From assembly GCA_965113315.1 (NCBI GenBank), contig OZ220363.1: a stretch of 64,000 bases of DNA; one strand, 5' to 3'. Under the pieces are notes generated by a model. It did not search any database, was not told the DNA's origin, and worked only from the letters and a program-made list of their open reading frames with translations. This DNA is from Podarcis vaucheri. Taxonomy: Eukaryota. A program made the position numbers and the translations under genes. Each line of letters starts with the position of its first letter. Within the stretch, counting starts at the first letter, position 1. Shown in pieces: positions 63,524 through 64,000 of this stretch.

Positions 63524-63637
63524 GAGTACTCTCATTTTCCTACTCATATTGAAATGCTGCCCCTCAAAGAGGCCAAACCTAGATTCACAAAATGTTTAGG
63601 GGTATGCGTACCCCTGCGCCCCCCGAAAAAAGCACTG
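63524..63637. mobile_element. hAT MITE (CAGTGCTTTTTT family), partial
   Basis: Aligns with 41500-41616; ends AAAAAAGCACTG. Confidence 0.85.
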
Positions 63638-63772
63638 AGGAGGAGTAACCAAAAGCTAATGAAGAGACTTCATAGTTCCATCTCTCTCTTTCCTGCAGCC
63701 TGATGGAATGGCAGTAAGAAAGAGATTTCTTCATAAGCTGGTGTGATGATAACTCCTACTATTTACTGAGGT

Positions 63773-64000
63773 AAGAAGAAGAAGAAGAAGAGTTTGGATT
63801 TGATATCCCGCCTTTCACTCCCTTTAAGGAGTCTCAAAGCGGCTAACATTCTCCTTTCCCTTCCTCCCCCACAACAAACACTCTGTGAGGTGAGTGGGGC
63901 TGAGAGACTTCACAGAAGTGTGACTGGCCCAAGGTCACCCAGCAGCTGCATGTGGAGGAGCGGAGACGCGAACCCGGTTTCCCAGATTACGTGACTACCG
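63773..64000 (-). mobile_element. tRNA/CORE-type SINE with (CTT)n tail, cut by the window edge
   Basis: Near-identical to 28491-28744. Confidence 0.9.

Overview
Vertebrate non-coding DNA, very probably from a squamate and most likely a lacertid lizard. This is inferred from the repeat content: five Sauria SINE copies, three tRNA/CORE-type SINEs with (CTT)n tails, an RTE-BovB LINE, and many CR1/L2/L1 fragments. I found no host protein-coding gene I can recognise, so the window looks like a large intron or gene desert. The only convincing protein frame is the reverse-transcriptase C-terminal part of a 5'-truncated BovB-type LINE (about 14967-15845). The window also holds many hAT and Tc1/mariner MITEs with readable TIRs and target-site duplications (TSDs), several solo LTRs, nested insertions, microsatellites, and unique blocks that look like conserved enhancers. 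The most notable observations are: (1) a minimal hammerhead-ribozyme motif in a 102-bp Penelope-like insertion (2499-2536, minus strand); (2) a 116-nt palindrome whose decay is almost all G·U-compatible on the plus strand (57717-57832); (3) a young MITE carrying four tandem hairpins, including a perfect 62-bp palindrome; (4) a putative solo LTR containing a decayed reading frame; and (5) a composite DNA element that appears to carry a captured LINE 3' end. No new multi-gene system can be supported from the sequence alone.
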